Positions 1-12,165 of a stretch of DNA of 64,000 nucleotides are shown here, piece after piece. The notes beneath the pieces are model-generated. The model was not told the origin of the DNA. It did no database searches and saw only the letters and a list, made by a program, of their open reading frames with translations. Origin of the DNA: Chiloscyllium plagiosum (taxonomy: Eukaryota); NCBI RefSeq assembly GCF_004010195.1, contig NC_057718.1, positions 102,923,566-102,987,565 on the forward strand, in the 5' to 3' direction. Numbering within the stretch: position 1 is the first letter of the stretch; the number at the start of each line of letters is the position of its first letter. The position numbers and the translations under genes were made by a program.

Positions 1-220
1 GAGGGTGGTACGTGTATGGAATGAGCTGCCAGAGGATGTGGTGGAGTCTGGTACAATTGCAACATTTAAGAGTCATTTGGATGGGTATATGAATAGGAAG
101 GGTTTGGAGAGATATGGGCTGGGTGCTGGCAGGTGGGACTAGATTGGGTTGGGATATCTGGTCAGCGTGGACAGGTTGGACTGAAGGGTCTGTTTCCATG
201 CCGTACATCTCTATGACTCT
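1..220 (+). mobile_element. CR1 LINE 3' end
   Basis: RVVRVWNELP-type ORF2 C-terminus and ctctatgactct tail, near-identical to other copies in the window. Confidence 0.9.
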
Positions 221-352
221 ATTTTCAGCATCCACAGTTCTTTCATTTTTTTGCATGTATCATTAAGACGTTGTCTAACATTAACTGAGAATTTTGGACA
301 AAGGCTGGTAAGAAGTTCAGAAAAGAAACCTCATAAATACAAATGGGTGGAA

Positions 353-1223
353 TGTAATGGCTCCTCGCCCCACTGAGTGAGGTTGGAGATGGGGAGTTAT
401 TATGGACCAGGCCAGACCCCTGAAAATATTTCAAGAAAGTAGCCCTGACCCTAACTTTGCTCATTGTTTTAAGCAGGTGTATAGTGGATATTCCAGGTGG
501 GATGCAGCTGGTCAAACCATTTAGTTTTAAACAAAACATAATTTATTAATAAGATTACTGAATGAACACAAATAAAAGAGAACAGAACACAGAATAACAA
601 CCTATCTGAAAACCCAACGGATTATTTCAACTTAATGTGGCAGTTCCAAATACTTGGAGAAAGTGAGGACTGCAGATGCTGGAGATCAGAGTCAAGATTA
701 GAGTGGTGCTGGAAAAGCACAGCAGGTCAGGCAGCATCCGAGGAGCAGGAGAGTCAAAGTTTCAGGCATAAGCCTGATGATTCCTAATGAAGGGCTTCTG
801 CCCGAAACATCCTGCTCCTCAGATGCTATCTGGCCTGCTTTTTCAGCACCACACTCTTGATTCTGTTCCAAATACCTGCAACAATCCCCACAAACGACCC
901 TTTGCAAAAAAGGAGAAATGCAACACAGGTTCTTACAGGAGAATGTCAGAGAGAGGGAGGGTCAGCACGGAGCTGCTTCTTTGGGTCCAACAGAATGCTT
1001 GCTAAAACCAAACCACACCAAACCAAACCCAAAACCAGAGAGAAACTGAGCTGGGTTAACTGGCCACACCCCTTTCATTGTACAAGTGCCTTTTTTTAAA
1101 ACTTAAATGCTTCTTCAATGTAGATCAACCCCAGACATTTCAGAACCTGTGCCTTTACGACCTCCTAAGGGGAAAAAAAACTAAAGACAAAAATAACCTT
1201 GTTAAAGGAGCAGCGTCATTACA
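353..1223. mobile_element. Solo LTR with 4-bp TSD (GGAA)
   Basis: Starts TGTAATG, ends CATTACA (7-bp inverted termini), GGAA at 349-352 and 1224-1227. Confidence 0.75.
654..864. mobile_element. Penelope-derived inverted-repeat short element nested in the LTR
   Basis: 11-bp TSD GTTCCAAATAC at 643-653 and 865-875; arms are reverse complements; degenerate hammerhead cores near 760-807. Confidence 0.8.
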
Positions 1224-1286
1224 GGAACCATGTGGACAGATGGGGGAAGGTGAGAAGTGAAGACGCTGACCTCCTTCCTTTCTGAC

Positions 1287-1495
1287 CTTTACACTGGGAA
1301 ATGTGTTGGGTTTTGATACATTTCCTAGTGGTATGACGGTATGGCACAGGCCAGAGACTGGACGACACAGTAAGGACACTATAGTACCCCTGCTGGACTA
1401 TGGACAGAAAGAGGAAAAATATATAATCTTTCATAGGAAATCAAAGTGGGATAGGCTGTCTGTATCGGAATAAATACTAGAGCATCAATGAGCTG
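1287..1495 (-). pseudogene. Candidate dynein pseudo-exon (stalk)
   Basis: Strong polypyrimidine acceptor CTTCTTTCCTTTTATAAG|; QTAYPTL...SVHSPAG loosely ~LAxAxPAL...SFxxPPxG; frameshifted. Confidence 0.3.
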
Positions 1496-1891
1496 CTTAT
1501 AAAAGGAAAGAAGGGAAAATCATGAAACCTGCAAGGTCGAACATTACAAGCCTCAGATGCCAAAACTTTGATGAACATTAATTGGTTTAGTTAATACTGT
1601 GGGGAGAAAGGTAAATTGCTCCATTGATCAAGAAATACAAATCTGCACATGATGCAAAACATGGCACCTCCTGAACATTTCTTTCATACTATCAATTTTG
1701 GCAGAAGGACAGCAATAATTTGGTGTTTAATGTACTGGGAACGTTCGGGTCAATATAACCCAAGAAACTAGAACTGTGGTTGGCTTGTTCAAACAGAGGC
1801 TAGATATTTCAACTGATATTGCAAAAATACAGAAGCTGGATTCTTAAATTTAAGGCCAAACCCTCAATAGAGTGTTACAAAAATCAATTAC

Positions 1892-2048
1892 TAGTTAAAA
1901 AATGTTCAAATCACAGCATTCTTTTGTTAAGAAGCTGAATATGAAGTGCTGTACATCTCCTTTTTGGAGTTAGCTTAGGAAACATAGCTGCCAATTGGTG
2001 GTCTGGTGATAGACTACTGACACTTTATGCTGCATGCCAGACATGTTG
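1892..2048 (-). pseudogene. Candidate dynein pseudo-exon (stalk coiled-coil start)
   Basis: TTGTTACAACAG| acceptor in phase 0; AA*SVSSL...QLAAMFPKLTPKRRCTALHIQLL (~AAxQVxxM...ELxALQPxLxxKxxET). Confidence 0.5.
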
Positions 2049-2543
2049 CTGTTGTAACAAAAGAAAGTCTGGAATTTATATACCCACTTGCACTGTTTGA
2101 AGTCATTGATGTAATATTGGAAATAAAGCAGGAAATTTGCACATAGCAAGCTCCCACAAGCAGCAATGCTTGAATGAGCTGATAAACTGCTTGATTGACT
2201 GATAATTATTGGCCCAGCATCTCGGACAACTCCTCCATGTTGACCCAGGAGGAAGGATGTGGCCCTGATTTAATACCTCAGGTGGAAGATGGTGTCCACT
2301 GATGATGCAGCTTCTGTGAAGATCTTCGTTCTTGTCTCCCTGGAGCTGGAATGAAAGCTACAGGTTTTTGAGTCAAAGGCGAGAGAATGTCAGTCACCAA
2401 ACCGAAACATTCATGTGGGCTTTCTGGTGTTACTTAATGCTGGCTGCCTGGCTCCTTCCACCTTGAAAAGAATTAACGTGGGTGTGGGTGAGGGGAATGT
2501 GGTCAAGGAAAAGTAGGGATAGGTAAAGAGGATTCATTTGTAC

Positions 2544-2755
2544 CTTCATAAATATTAAATTGTTATCTCCAGTGAGATTTGTCTTAGAGGTTTTACTCGC
2601 AGGCTTTACCTGGAAATTTTACAAGGACTTCTTTTTAGAAATTTGACCTGGAGAGCTCACATTTTCTGTGGAATCAATATAAGATGAGAGATATCAATAA
2701 GATTGAAGTGATTCAAAGATGACTCTGCACAATTTCCACGAAACAATGGGCATCA
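2544..2755 (-). pseudogene. Dynein pseudo-exon (AAA4 end), 212 nt, phase 1/0
   Basis: CCTTTTGCTGCAG| acceptor, AAG|GTACAA donor; LMPIVSWK...KKSL*NFQVKPAS (~FxPWP...KRxNYVTPTS). Confidence 0.7.
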
Positions 2756-2777
2756 CTGCAGCAAAAGGGGACATATA

Positions 2778-3066
2778 GATTAGATTCCCTACTGTGTAGA
2801 AACAGGTCATTTGACCCAACAAATCCACACCAACCCTCTGAAGGGTAACCCACACCCCTACGTTTACCCCTGACTAATGCACCTAATACCGTGGGCAATT
2901 TAGCATGGCCAATTCACCAGACCTGCACATCTTTGGACTGTGGGAGGAAACCTGCACAGATATGGGGAGAATGTGTAAACTCCACACAGACAGTCACCTG
3001 AGGCAGGAATCGAGCCCAGGTCCCTGGCGCTGTGAGGCAGCAGTGCTAACCACCGAGCCACCGTGC
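2778..3066 (-). mobile_element. tRNA-derived SINE (HE1-like)
   Basis: Reverse strand begins GGCACGGTGGCTCGGTGGTTAGCACTGCTGCCTCACAGCGCCAGGGACCTGGGCTCGATTCC (A/B boxes) and has a CR1-like 3' tail. Confidence 0.8.
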
Positions 3067-3398
3067 CAGACTGTGTGCTTTATACAATCTGGAATGGATT
3101 GTTCGGTTTCCTTGGTGGCCCCCAACATGAGAAGGCATGAATTAGCCATCCACATGAACTAGAGAGACACCAAGATGGTGTCCCAAGGACAATAGCAACA
3201 GCCGTCAAATGAAATGGTCACAGCCCAGTCACTGGAAAAGCTGTCTTTAAATCTGGGAGACTTGTGGATATTTGTGGAGGAATACTGTACGGGTGGGGCA
3301 CCGCTGAGGCCTGGACCATGGTTAATGAGGCGAGCCTCCGATGAGAGCACAAGAAACCATCATGGACCCCAGGGCTCTGCTGTACTGTTCTAAAACTG

Positions 3399-3471
3399 AC
3401 TAGGACCCAGTGGAGAGAAGCCCCCTGTGAAACTCACTAGGACCCAGTGGAGAGAAGCCCCGTGTGAAACT
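3399..3471. repeat. Tandem duplication, ~37 bp x2
   Basis: actaggacccagtggagagaagccc(c/g)tgtgaaact repeated twice. Confidence 0.85.
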
Positions 3472-4494
3472 TGATAATAAATGTTTTCTGGTAAAATGGA
3501 GGTAAATTGTGGACCCTCCATGATAATGGTTGCCACCTTTCCAAAGTGGAATAAGGAACTTCAGCAAAAATAAAACCTTTCGAAGTCTTCATTGCTCACA
3601 GTGCCGACAGGTATTTAATCTCACCCACTCCAGTTTACATCCATGTATTGAATACAGCAAAACAAAAGTTCACACACAGTAATTGTGATTCTGTAGCAAA
3701 GTAAGAAATTACATTACTATACACAGAAACTGGTCATTTGTCCCAATGCACCCAGCTGCTGGATTATATTCACACAGGTCTGCTCCTCACCTTACTTTTA
3801 TCTTGCATTCATTTGTGGGATGTGGGTATGGCATTTATTGCCCATCCCTAGTTTCCCCTTGAGAAGGTGGTGAGGAGCTGCCTTCTTGAATTGCTGCAGT
3901 CCCTGTGCAGTGGTAGGTTGACAGAGAGGGAGTTCTACATTAGTATATTACCACACTTCACCTTATTCATAAAATTCATTGAATCCCTTCAGTGTGGAAA
4001 CAGGCCATTTGGCTCAACAAGTCTACACCGACCCTGCATGTCCTTTTATTCTTTTCTCCCTCATGTGTTTATCCCCCTTCTTCTTAAAGGCATCAGTGTT
4101 ATTCATCTCAACCTCTCTTGGACATAGCCAGTTCCACATTCTCAATATTCTCTGATAAAGTGTTAGTTTTTGGCATAAGGACAGTCAGCAAATAAAGATG
4201 AGGCACATAAACAGCAGATGCCTTTGCATAATGTACAATATCTGTTATGATGGGAGGTGTGTGCACTTTAAAGGGGCAGAGCTTAATCACCTCTCAATCA
4301 GAAGTCACACCACACCAGGTTATTTTTTTATTTTTCCCCACAATACCACTTGATAGTGGTCATACTTATTTTTCCCCAGCACCTATATTGTGTGTGTGTG
4401 TAGGTGTCAGACACAGTGAAGACACTCCTTTTTTTTATATTCCACCAACAGGAAGAAAGGAAGCACTTGATTGGCCAGTAACAAGCAGTGCCCT

Positions 4495-4745
4495 CACGAC
4501 ACCAAGTATAGTCCAACAGGTTTATTTGAAATCACAAGCTTTCAGAGCACTGCCCCTTCATCAGGTGAAGTGAAATAGTACTTCAAAAGCTTGTGATTTC
4601 AAATGGGACTAGATTAGTTTAGGATATCTGGTCGACTTGGATAAGTTGGACTAAAGGGTTTGTTTCTATGCTGCAAATCTCTATGACTCTAAACCAGTTG
4701 GACTATAACCCTGTGTTACGTGACTTCTGACTTTGTCCACCCTAG
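4495..4745. mobile_element. Inverted-repeat short element with hammerhead-like core, interrupted by a CR1 tail
   Basis: Arms cacgacaccaagtatagtccaac / gttggactataacc...tgacttctgactttgtccacc; same family at 44413-44630, 46068-46222, 54738-54862 and 61025-61120. Confidence 0.7.
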
Positions 4746-4759
4746 GCCAATTTAGCCAG

Positions 4760-5075
4760 AGACTTTTCCCCAGGGCAGGATTGACTGGTACCAGAAGTCA
4801 TAGTTTGAAGATATTAGGAGGAAGATATAAAGGAGACGTCAGAGGTAGGTTCTTTACGCAGAGAGTTGTGAATGCATGGAATGTGTTGCCAGCTGTGGTG
4901 GTGGAAGCAGAGGCATGGGGGACATTTAAGTGACAGCTGGACATGCACATGGATAGCAGTGAGTTGAGGGGTGCGTAGGTTAAGTTACTATATTTGACAT
5001 TAGGATTAAATCTCGGCACAACATCGTGGGCCAAAGGGCCTGTTCTGAGCTGTACTTTTCTATGTTCTATGTTCC
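4760..5075 (+). mobile_element. CR1 LINE 3' fragment (second subfamily)
   Basis: FFTQRVVNAWNVLP motif; (tctatgt)n tail. Confidence 0.85.
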
Positions 5076-5650
5076 AACTTCAGCACCTCCACATCATCTC
5101 AATCATTACTACCTGGACAGGATATGATGTAATAGTCCCATCACTTGTTAACCAATGAGCATCAGAAGAAGAGATGGGATGTATCCTATTACCCTCCCAG
5201 TGAACAAAATCCATACCTTCCGTTAAAGACCCTGCTTCAGTGTTTTACTAATCCTTGTGTAGCATTAATATGTTTGAAGGCAAGGAGAACAGAACAATGG
5301 CCCATGACAGAAATGTTAGTACAGTCATGTGAACAAACCCGTTAGTGGGTCATCATGTTGCTTTTGTCTGTTAGCCCCTCAAGCGATCAGCATCATCTGA
5401 ACCAGAAACCAATTTGTTCCTTTGATAAATTAAAACTGACCTCACAAACAGGACCTTCACATTAGCAGTGGCTGAACTACAGACAAAAATGCAGGTTCAG
5501 CCAGGATTTTCACAACTTTGTTTGAGTTCCTTAATTAAAAATACCTTTCACTTTATCGCTAGATTATTTGAACTTTGAAACACTTAAATATACTTAAACC
5601 AGTTAAATAGTTTGCAAATCACTTGAGAAGCATTAGCAGATAATACTTAC

Positions 5651-5997
5651 AGGGACTTTGGAATTTGTAGGAGAACAATGTTATTTTTGATGCCATCAAT
5701 GAAACATTTTGTTAGTAGTTTACAAATCACGGAGTAAAATCAATCATTTCTCCTTCCTGATCTGAACTGATGAAATTCAGATCCCATGGCATCGTAAACA
5801 TGGCAGGTATTCTCTGGGATCTTTAAGGTCTTTTAAAATCCCTTTCAAGAATGGAGCAGAATGTTCCACAAATTGTAAATCTACTGCACTCTTTCACAGG
5901 CGCCAAAGGACACATTGCGTCTTCAAATAGCTGTTGACCATTCCATCAATTGGTCCTATCCAACTGATAAATAAATTCCAATCTTCTGTCAACTAAT
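5651..5997 (-). pseudogene. Dynein pseudo-exon (AAA4 core), 347 nt, phase 2/1
   Basis: TGTCTTTTAG| acceptor, CCT|GTAAGT donor; FIYQLDRTN*WNGQQLFEDAM (~VFQIELTKNYGxNEFREDLK), SILERDF...IPAMFT (~SFLEDIN...VPNLFT); four stops, frame preserved. Confidence 0.8.
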
Positions 5998-7515
5998 CTA
6001 AAAGACATTAGTGGAGATTTCATCTCCCATTGCATTAGAACCAGTGTTATTGGTTTTTACTGGCTAAGATGACCTTTCAGAGTTTGGTTGTACTTTTAGG
6101 TAAGTGGTTAAAAATCCATTTCTCACTCCGCATTTCCATCGCACTTAAGTTGTGGTCTGCTAAAGCCTGAAACAGTTACTTTCATGTTATGAGAAAGTGA
6201 TGAGGTCTTCCAAAGGAATAAACAGTGTGACTAAAGTGTTCTTTCATTTCTCCTGGGATGAATTGTATGGAGGATACTGAAAGATGCTGATGCTATCTTT
6301 TAATATAGAGGGGAATTATCTCATAAAAACGAACATGCCTGTCTCCAGGGCGGAATTATTTATCAGCAAGCTGATTATGGTCTCTCAGGTTACCTGGTGT
6401 TGGACCATTGCAGAAAGCTTCCTCGATCATAATAAATCAAGGCACTGCTCAGTGAGCAAGCATTTCATGATTCATCGAGCTCCCCCTTTACCAACTTTGT
6501 TCTGTGGAATAAGAGACAACTTTGACAAATTCGAGGCACCCTTCCCCCTACACACACCACTGTCCAGAGAATAGTACAGTTATCCCATTATTCCCTCACT
6601 CTCAGAAGCCTGGAGGGATGTCAGACGCATCAATGGGAAGGCTGCATGCAAGAGCATTCTTTAATAAGCCACTCTTTCAACACTGGATTCTGTCCCTCAC
6701 GCTCCCCTTTCTAATCCAACCGATTGTCTGTTCTTCGATCAGGTTCCTGCTCTCTGAAGTCGCTGCTGTCTGCAATCAATATTCCCTTTGTTTGAGAATT
6801 AGTGCCCAGAACCAACAGTATTAGGATGATTAGGCCCAACTTCTTTACGGCCATTTTCTTCCCCCTCAATGACCCTTTGAAACGCCAACCAGTGTCAGCA
6901 GACAGTCCAAGCGAAGTATTTCATCAGTTCCCAGCAGAGGGGACGCTCTAATATCATCCCTCAGCAGCAGCACCGACAACAACTTGCACAACTGTCAAGG
7001 ATGCTGAAAATCCGAACCGTAACACAGAGAATCCTGGAGAAGCTCAACAGGTCTGGGAGCATCTGCACAGAGAGAGAAGCAGAGTTAACGTTTCGAAATC
7101 CAGTGTGCATTTCTTCAGAACTGCATTTGTGTAGTGCCTCTGATATGAATAAATTAGCTACAGGTTGCTGACCTCCATGTTGGTTCCAGGTTGCGTGTCA
7201 GTTTTGGAATTCTCATTCCTGTGTTTCAATCCCCCTCTATTGGATAATCTCCTTCAACTTCACAACCCTCTGAGATTCCCGATGCTGCAGTAATTCTGGC
7301 TTCATGCACATCCGGATTTTAATCACTCTCCTGCAGTGGTCCAGCCCTCTACTGCCTGTATCTGAAGCTCTGGAAATTCAGTCCCTGAGGGGGTGCTCTG
7401 TCACTGGAATTGCTGTCTTTCAGACAGTAACTCCTTCTAACCTCTCAGCTGGACGTGATAGATCCCGCAACAGTGTTTTAAGGAAGACCAGGAATATTCT
7501 CCCTGGTATCCTACA

Positions 7516-7855
7516 GTCATACAGCACAGAAACAGAGTTTAGGTCCAACCAGTCCAGGCCGGTCATAATCCCAAACTAAACTAGTCCCACCTCCCTCCAA
7601 ACGTTTCCTATTCACACACTTATCTAAATGCCTCTTAAACGTTGTAACTGTATCTGCACCCACCACTTCCTTAGGAAGTTCATTCCATGCACAGACTACT
7701 CTCTGTGTAAAGATCTTGCCCCTCAAGTCTTTTTTAAATCTTTCTCCTCTCACTTTAAAAATATGCTCCTAATCCTGAAATACCCCACCTTGGGGAAAAG
7801 AGACCTGCCGTTCACCTTATCTGGATCCCTCATTATTTGTTAACCTTGATAAAGT
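7516..7855 (-). mobile_element. CR1 LINE 3' fragment
   Basis: ORF 7517-7753 FTQRVVCAWNELP. Confidence 0.85.
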
Positions 7856-8063
7856 CAACTGACTTTGCGCCAATCCTTACCTCTCAACCAGCCCCACCAA
7901 GACACATCACCTGGCTGTTGTCACATGTTTGTTTTGGGCGATATTTCTCTGTACATATTGGCTGCTGTATTTCCTACCAAAAATATTTCTTTGGTTGTTA
8001 AGCACTTTGAAATGTCCTGACCTTGTCATAGGCTCAGGCCTACTTTTATTTCCAACCCCTCAT

Positions 8064-8100
8064 TCCTGATGAAGGGCTCATGCCCGAAACGTCGACTCTC
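8064..8100 (+). ncRNA. Minimal hammerhead ribozyme core in a Penelope-derived short element (8062-8158)
   Basis: CTGATGA (8066-8072), A, stem-loop GGGC-TCAT-GCCC, GAAAC (8086-8090), then GTCGACTC. Confidence 0.7.
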
Positions 8101-8529
8101 CTGCTCCTTGGATGCTGCCTGACCTGCTGCGCTGTTCCAGCGCCACATTTTTCAACTCCAAACCCACAGCAATGTGGTTGAATTCTAACTGTCTTCTGGG
8201 TAATTAGGAATTGGCAATAAATGCTGGCCCAGCCAACGATGCTCAGGTTCCTTTAATGAATAATAAAAGGATCCATAACAATGTGTGTCACTCCCAACCA
8301 CCACCTGAAAGGAGCTGGCAAACTATTTGTTTGTACTCGGGAAGTTGGCTTGTTACCGCTGTCTCAGGGTGGGAGTGACGAATGGAATAGAGAATGCTTT
8401 GCAGGCAGATCAGACCAGACAGAGTGCATCAGGGTAGCAGAACAGAGTGCACCATACAGTGTTCTAGCCACAGAGAAGGTGCAGAGAGAGAGAGAGAGAT
8501 TAGAATTAACATTTGTCTATTCAAAAGTC

Positions 8530-10102
8530 TGATGAGGGCAGAGCAGTAGATGTGATCTGTATGGACTTCAGTAAGGCGTTCGACAAGGTTCCCCATGGTT
8601 AGCAAGGTTAGATCTCATGGAATACCAGGAGAACTAGCTAGTTGAATACAGAACTGGCTCAAAGGTAGAAGACAGAGGATAGTGGTGGAGGTTTGCTTTT
8701 CAGATTGGAGGCCTGTGACCAGTGGAGTGCCACAAGGATCGGTGCTGGGTCCTCTACTGTTCATCATTTATGTAAATGATTTGGATGTGAGCATAAGAGG
8801 TATAGTTAGTAAGTTTGCAGATGACACCAAAATTGGAGGTATAGCGGACAGCGAAGAGGGTTTCCTCAGATTACAACAGGATCTTGATCAGATGGGCCAA
8901 TGGGCTGAGAAATGGCAGATGGAGTTTAATTCAGATAATTGTGAGGTGCTGCATTTTGGGAAAGCAAATCTTAGCAGGACTTATACACTTAATGGTAAGG
9001 TCTAGGGAGTGTTGCTGAACAAAGAGACCTTGGAGTGCAGGTTCATAGCTCCTTGAAAGTGGAGTCNNNNNNNNNNNNNNNNNNNNNNNNNNNNNNNNNN
9101 NNNNNNNNNNNNNNNNNNNNNNNNNNNNNNNNNNNNNNNNNNNNNNNNNNNNNNNNNNNNNNNNNNNNNNNNNNNNNNNNNNNNNNNNNNNNNNNNNNNN
9201 NNNNNNNNNNNNNNNNNNNNNNNNNNNNNNNNNNNNNNNNNNNNNNNNNNNNNNNNNNNNNNNNNNNNNNNNNNNNNNNNNNNNNNNNNNNNNNNNNNNN
9301 NNNNNNNNNNNNNNNNNNNNNNNNNNNNNNNNNNNNNNNNNNNNNNNNNNNNNNNNNNNNNNNNNNNNNNNNNNNNNNNNNNNNNNNNNNNNNNNNNNNN
9401 NNNNNNNNNNNNNNNNNNNNNNNNNNNNNNNNNNNNNNNNNNNNNNNNNNNNNNNNNNNNNNNNNNNNNNNNNNNNNNNNNNNNNNNNNNNNNNNNNNNN
9501 NNNNNNNNNNNNNNNNNNNNNNNNNNNNNNNNNNNNNNNNNNNNNNNNNNNNNNNNNNNNNNNNNNNNNNNNNNNNNNNNNNNNNNNNNNNNNNNNNNNN
9601 NNNNNNNNNNNNNNNNNNNNNNNNNNNNNNNNNNNNNNNNNNNNNNNNNNNNNNNNNNNNNNNNNNNNNNNNNNNNNNNNNNNNNNNNNNNNNNNNNNNN
9701 NNNNNNNNNNNNNNNNNNNNNACCTTATAGAGGTTTACAAAATTATGAGGGGCATGGATAGGATAAATAGACAAAGTCTTTTCCTTGGGTTGGGGGAGTC
9801 TGGAACTAAAGGACATAGGTTTAGGGTGAGAGGGAAAAAATATAAAAGATACCTAAGGGGCAATGCTTTCACACAGAGGGTGGTACGTGTATGGAATGAG
9901 CTGCCAAAGGAAGTGGTGGAGGTTGGTACAATTGCAACATTTAAGAGGTATTTGGATGGGTATATGAATAGGAAGGGTTTGGAGAGATATGGGCTGGGTG
10001 CTGGCAGGTGGGACTAGATTAGGTTGGGATAACTGGTCGGCATGGACGGGTTGGACCAAAGGGTCTGTTTCCGTGCTGTACATCTCTATGACTCTATGAC
10101 TC
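8530..10102 (+). mobile_element. CR1 LINE, RT region to 3' end (spans a gap)
   Basis: [10 protein letters not shown] and FADDTK RT motifs; ctctatgactctatgact tail. Confidence 0.95.
9067..9721. other. Assembly gap (N run)
   Basis: Run of N. Confidence 1.
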
Positions 10103-10410
10103 TATAACAGCAGGGAAGAAGCTATTAATCTGTTCATACATGTATTCAAACTTTTATATCTTCTGCCAGACAGAAGAGGGTGGAAGACATTATAATCAGA
10201 CTGGGAAGAGTATTTGCTTATGTTGGCTGCTTTCCTTTGGCAGCAGTAAGTGGAGACAGAGTCAATGGATGGGAGGTTGGGCTTGTGTGATGGACTGTGT
10301 TCACAACTCTGTAATTTCTTGCAGTCTTCAGAACAGCAGTTGCATATAAGACTGTGATACATCCTGAGAGGATGCTTTCTATGGTGCACCTATAAAAATT
10401 GGTAAGAGTC
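10103..10410 (-). mobile_element. Rex1/Babar-like LINE 3' fragment
   Basis: FHPLLSGRRYKSLNT resembles the Rex-Babar C-terminal LLPSGRRYRS motif; similar relic at ~38070-38470. Confidence 0.6.
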
Positions 10411-10772
10411 TAATATGAGATTTGCAAATACCTCTTGGCACTGGTTCCCAGTTGGCGATAAGAAATCCCAATAGTTCCATCAATTAAAAGTCCCATATAT
10501 TGTTGACAATATGACATCAGTTAGAGTTACGGTTACACAGTGAAGGGGTTAAATGTACATTGTGCCCAGAGGCCTAGAATACAAGAGGGTAAAAGTTGTG
10601 ACTTATCTGAACAAAGCCTTGGTTGGACTACATTTGGAATACTGGGTGCTGTTCCGAGGATTACATCTTGGGAAGGGTGCATTGACCACGGAGGGATTAC
10701 CAGATATGGATAGATGGGTGAGGTTGCCAGAAGATATCAGATAAAGCTGTGGAATAACAGCCTGAGTCTTAC

Positions 10773-10899
10773 CGTCAAAGATGTAAGTAATTGATCTGTA
10801 AGTGTAAGGTTATTGTGAAAAGATGCAGAATCGTTTCAGAGGCAATCAGATCTCTCTTTCACCCATCCAGATGATGAAACAAAACCAGGTTTGTAGCGG
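10773..10899 (-). pseudogene. Dynein pseudo-exon (AAA4 start), 127 nt, phase 1/2
   Basis: ATTTCAG| acceptor, ACG|GTAAGA donor; AATNLVLFHHLDG (~PMNLVLFEDA); two TGA. Confidence 0.75.
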
Positions 10900-11124
10900 C
10901 TGAAATTTGGAAGATCAGTGGATAATCTGAATAAAGTTTCAAGATATTAAGAATAAAAGTGAGGGAAGACTAGGAGAAATGAACGTTGCTTTTTGAGGAG
11001 TCAAGGAATAGTGGACAGAGTCTAAAATCTTAGTCACCTTTCTAGAGCAAAATTAAGAAAAAAACACAGATGGTAAATATTTAGAATTCTCTTCCACAAG
11101 CAGCAACTGACGTTTGATCAATTA

Positions 11125-11410
11125 TTAGAACATGGAACTGTACAGCACAGGAACGGGTCTTTGTGCCCACAATGTTGTGCCGAACACGATGCCAAATTAA
11201 ATGATTCCCTTCTGCCTGCTTTTAGTCCAGATCCCTCTATTCCTTGTATATCCATGTGCTTATCTAAAAGTCCCTCAATCACATCTGCTTCCACCATCAC
11301 TCTGGCAACGCGTTTCAGACTCCTACCACCCTCTGTGTAAAAAGCTTGCCCCTGAACTTTGAACTTTACCCTCCTCACCTTAAATGTATGCCCCTTTTTA
11401 ACTCTGGGAA
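11125..11410 (-). mobile_element. CR1 LINE 3' fragment
   Basis: Reverse-complement similarity to 4760-5075. Confidence 0.75.
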
Positions 11411-11526
11411 AAAAATGTTAATTTTATGTCTCACAGTGACTGATTTTCATGATCCAAATATGTGAAGGGAAATGGGACAAAAGGGTTATATGGAGTTCGG
11501 TTGCAGATCACTGAATGTCACAGCAG

Positions 11527-12058
11527 GCTCCTTCCTATCGGAAAGATGTTGTGAAACTTGAAAGGGTTCAGAAAAGATTTACAAGGATGTTGCCAGGGTT
11601 GGAGGATTTGAGCTACAGGGAGGGGCTGAACAGGTTGGGGCTGTTTTCCCTGGAACATCAGAGGCTGAGGGGTGACCTTATAGAGGTTTACAAAATTATG
11701 AGGGGCATGGATTGGATTAATAGACAAAGTCTTTTCCCTGGGATCGGGGAGTCCAGAACTAGAGGGCATGGATTTAGGGTGAGAGGGGAAAGATATAAAA
11801 GAGACCTAAGGGGCAACTTTTTCATGCATAGGGTGGTACGTGTTTGGAATGAGCTGCCAGAGGAAGTGGTGGAGGCTGGTACAATTGCAACATTTAAGAG
11901 GCATTTGGATGAGTATATGAATAGGAAGGGTTTGGAGAGACATGGGCCGGGTGCTGGCAGGTGGGACTAGATTGGGTTGGGATAACTGGTCAGCATGGAC
12001 GGGTTGGACCGAAGGGTCTGTTTCCATGCTGTACATCTCTATGACTCTATGACTCTAT
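11527..12058 (+). mobile_element. CR1 LINE 3' fragment (young)
   Basis: Open ORF2 C-terminus ERVQKRFTRMLPGL...RVWNELP; tandem tail. Confidence 0.95.
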
Positions 12059-12075
12059 TCCAGTGTTTCACTGAC

Positions 12076-12165
12076 CATGAAGAGACAAATAGCTAATTAA
12101 TGTTGATAATATAAAGTGAGGAAAGTCCTCATTAATTGAACATCTTTTTAATAACATTGAAGGAT
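12076..12165 (-). pseudogene. Dynein pseudo-exon (before AAA4), 90 nt, phase 1/1
   Basis: TTTCTTTGCAG| acceptor, ATG|GTCAGT donor; open frame PSMLLKRCSINEDFPHFILSTLISYLSLH. Confidence 0.7.

Noticed and set aside
3000..3066. tRNA gene
   Set aside because: The A/B boxes are the head of a SINE that continues into a SINE body and LINE-like tail; the same applies at 12410-12470, 34905-34970 and 42010-42090.
9035..9816. Long ORFs of 231-257 aa
   Set aside because: Artefacts of the N gap inside a CR1.
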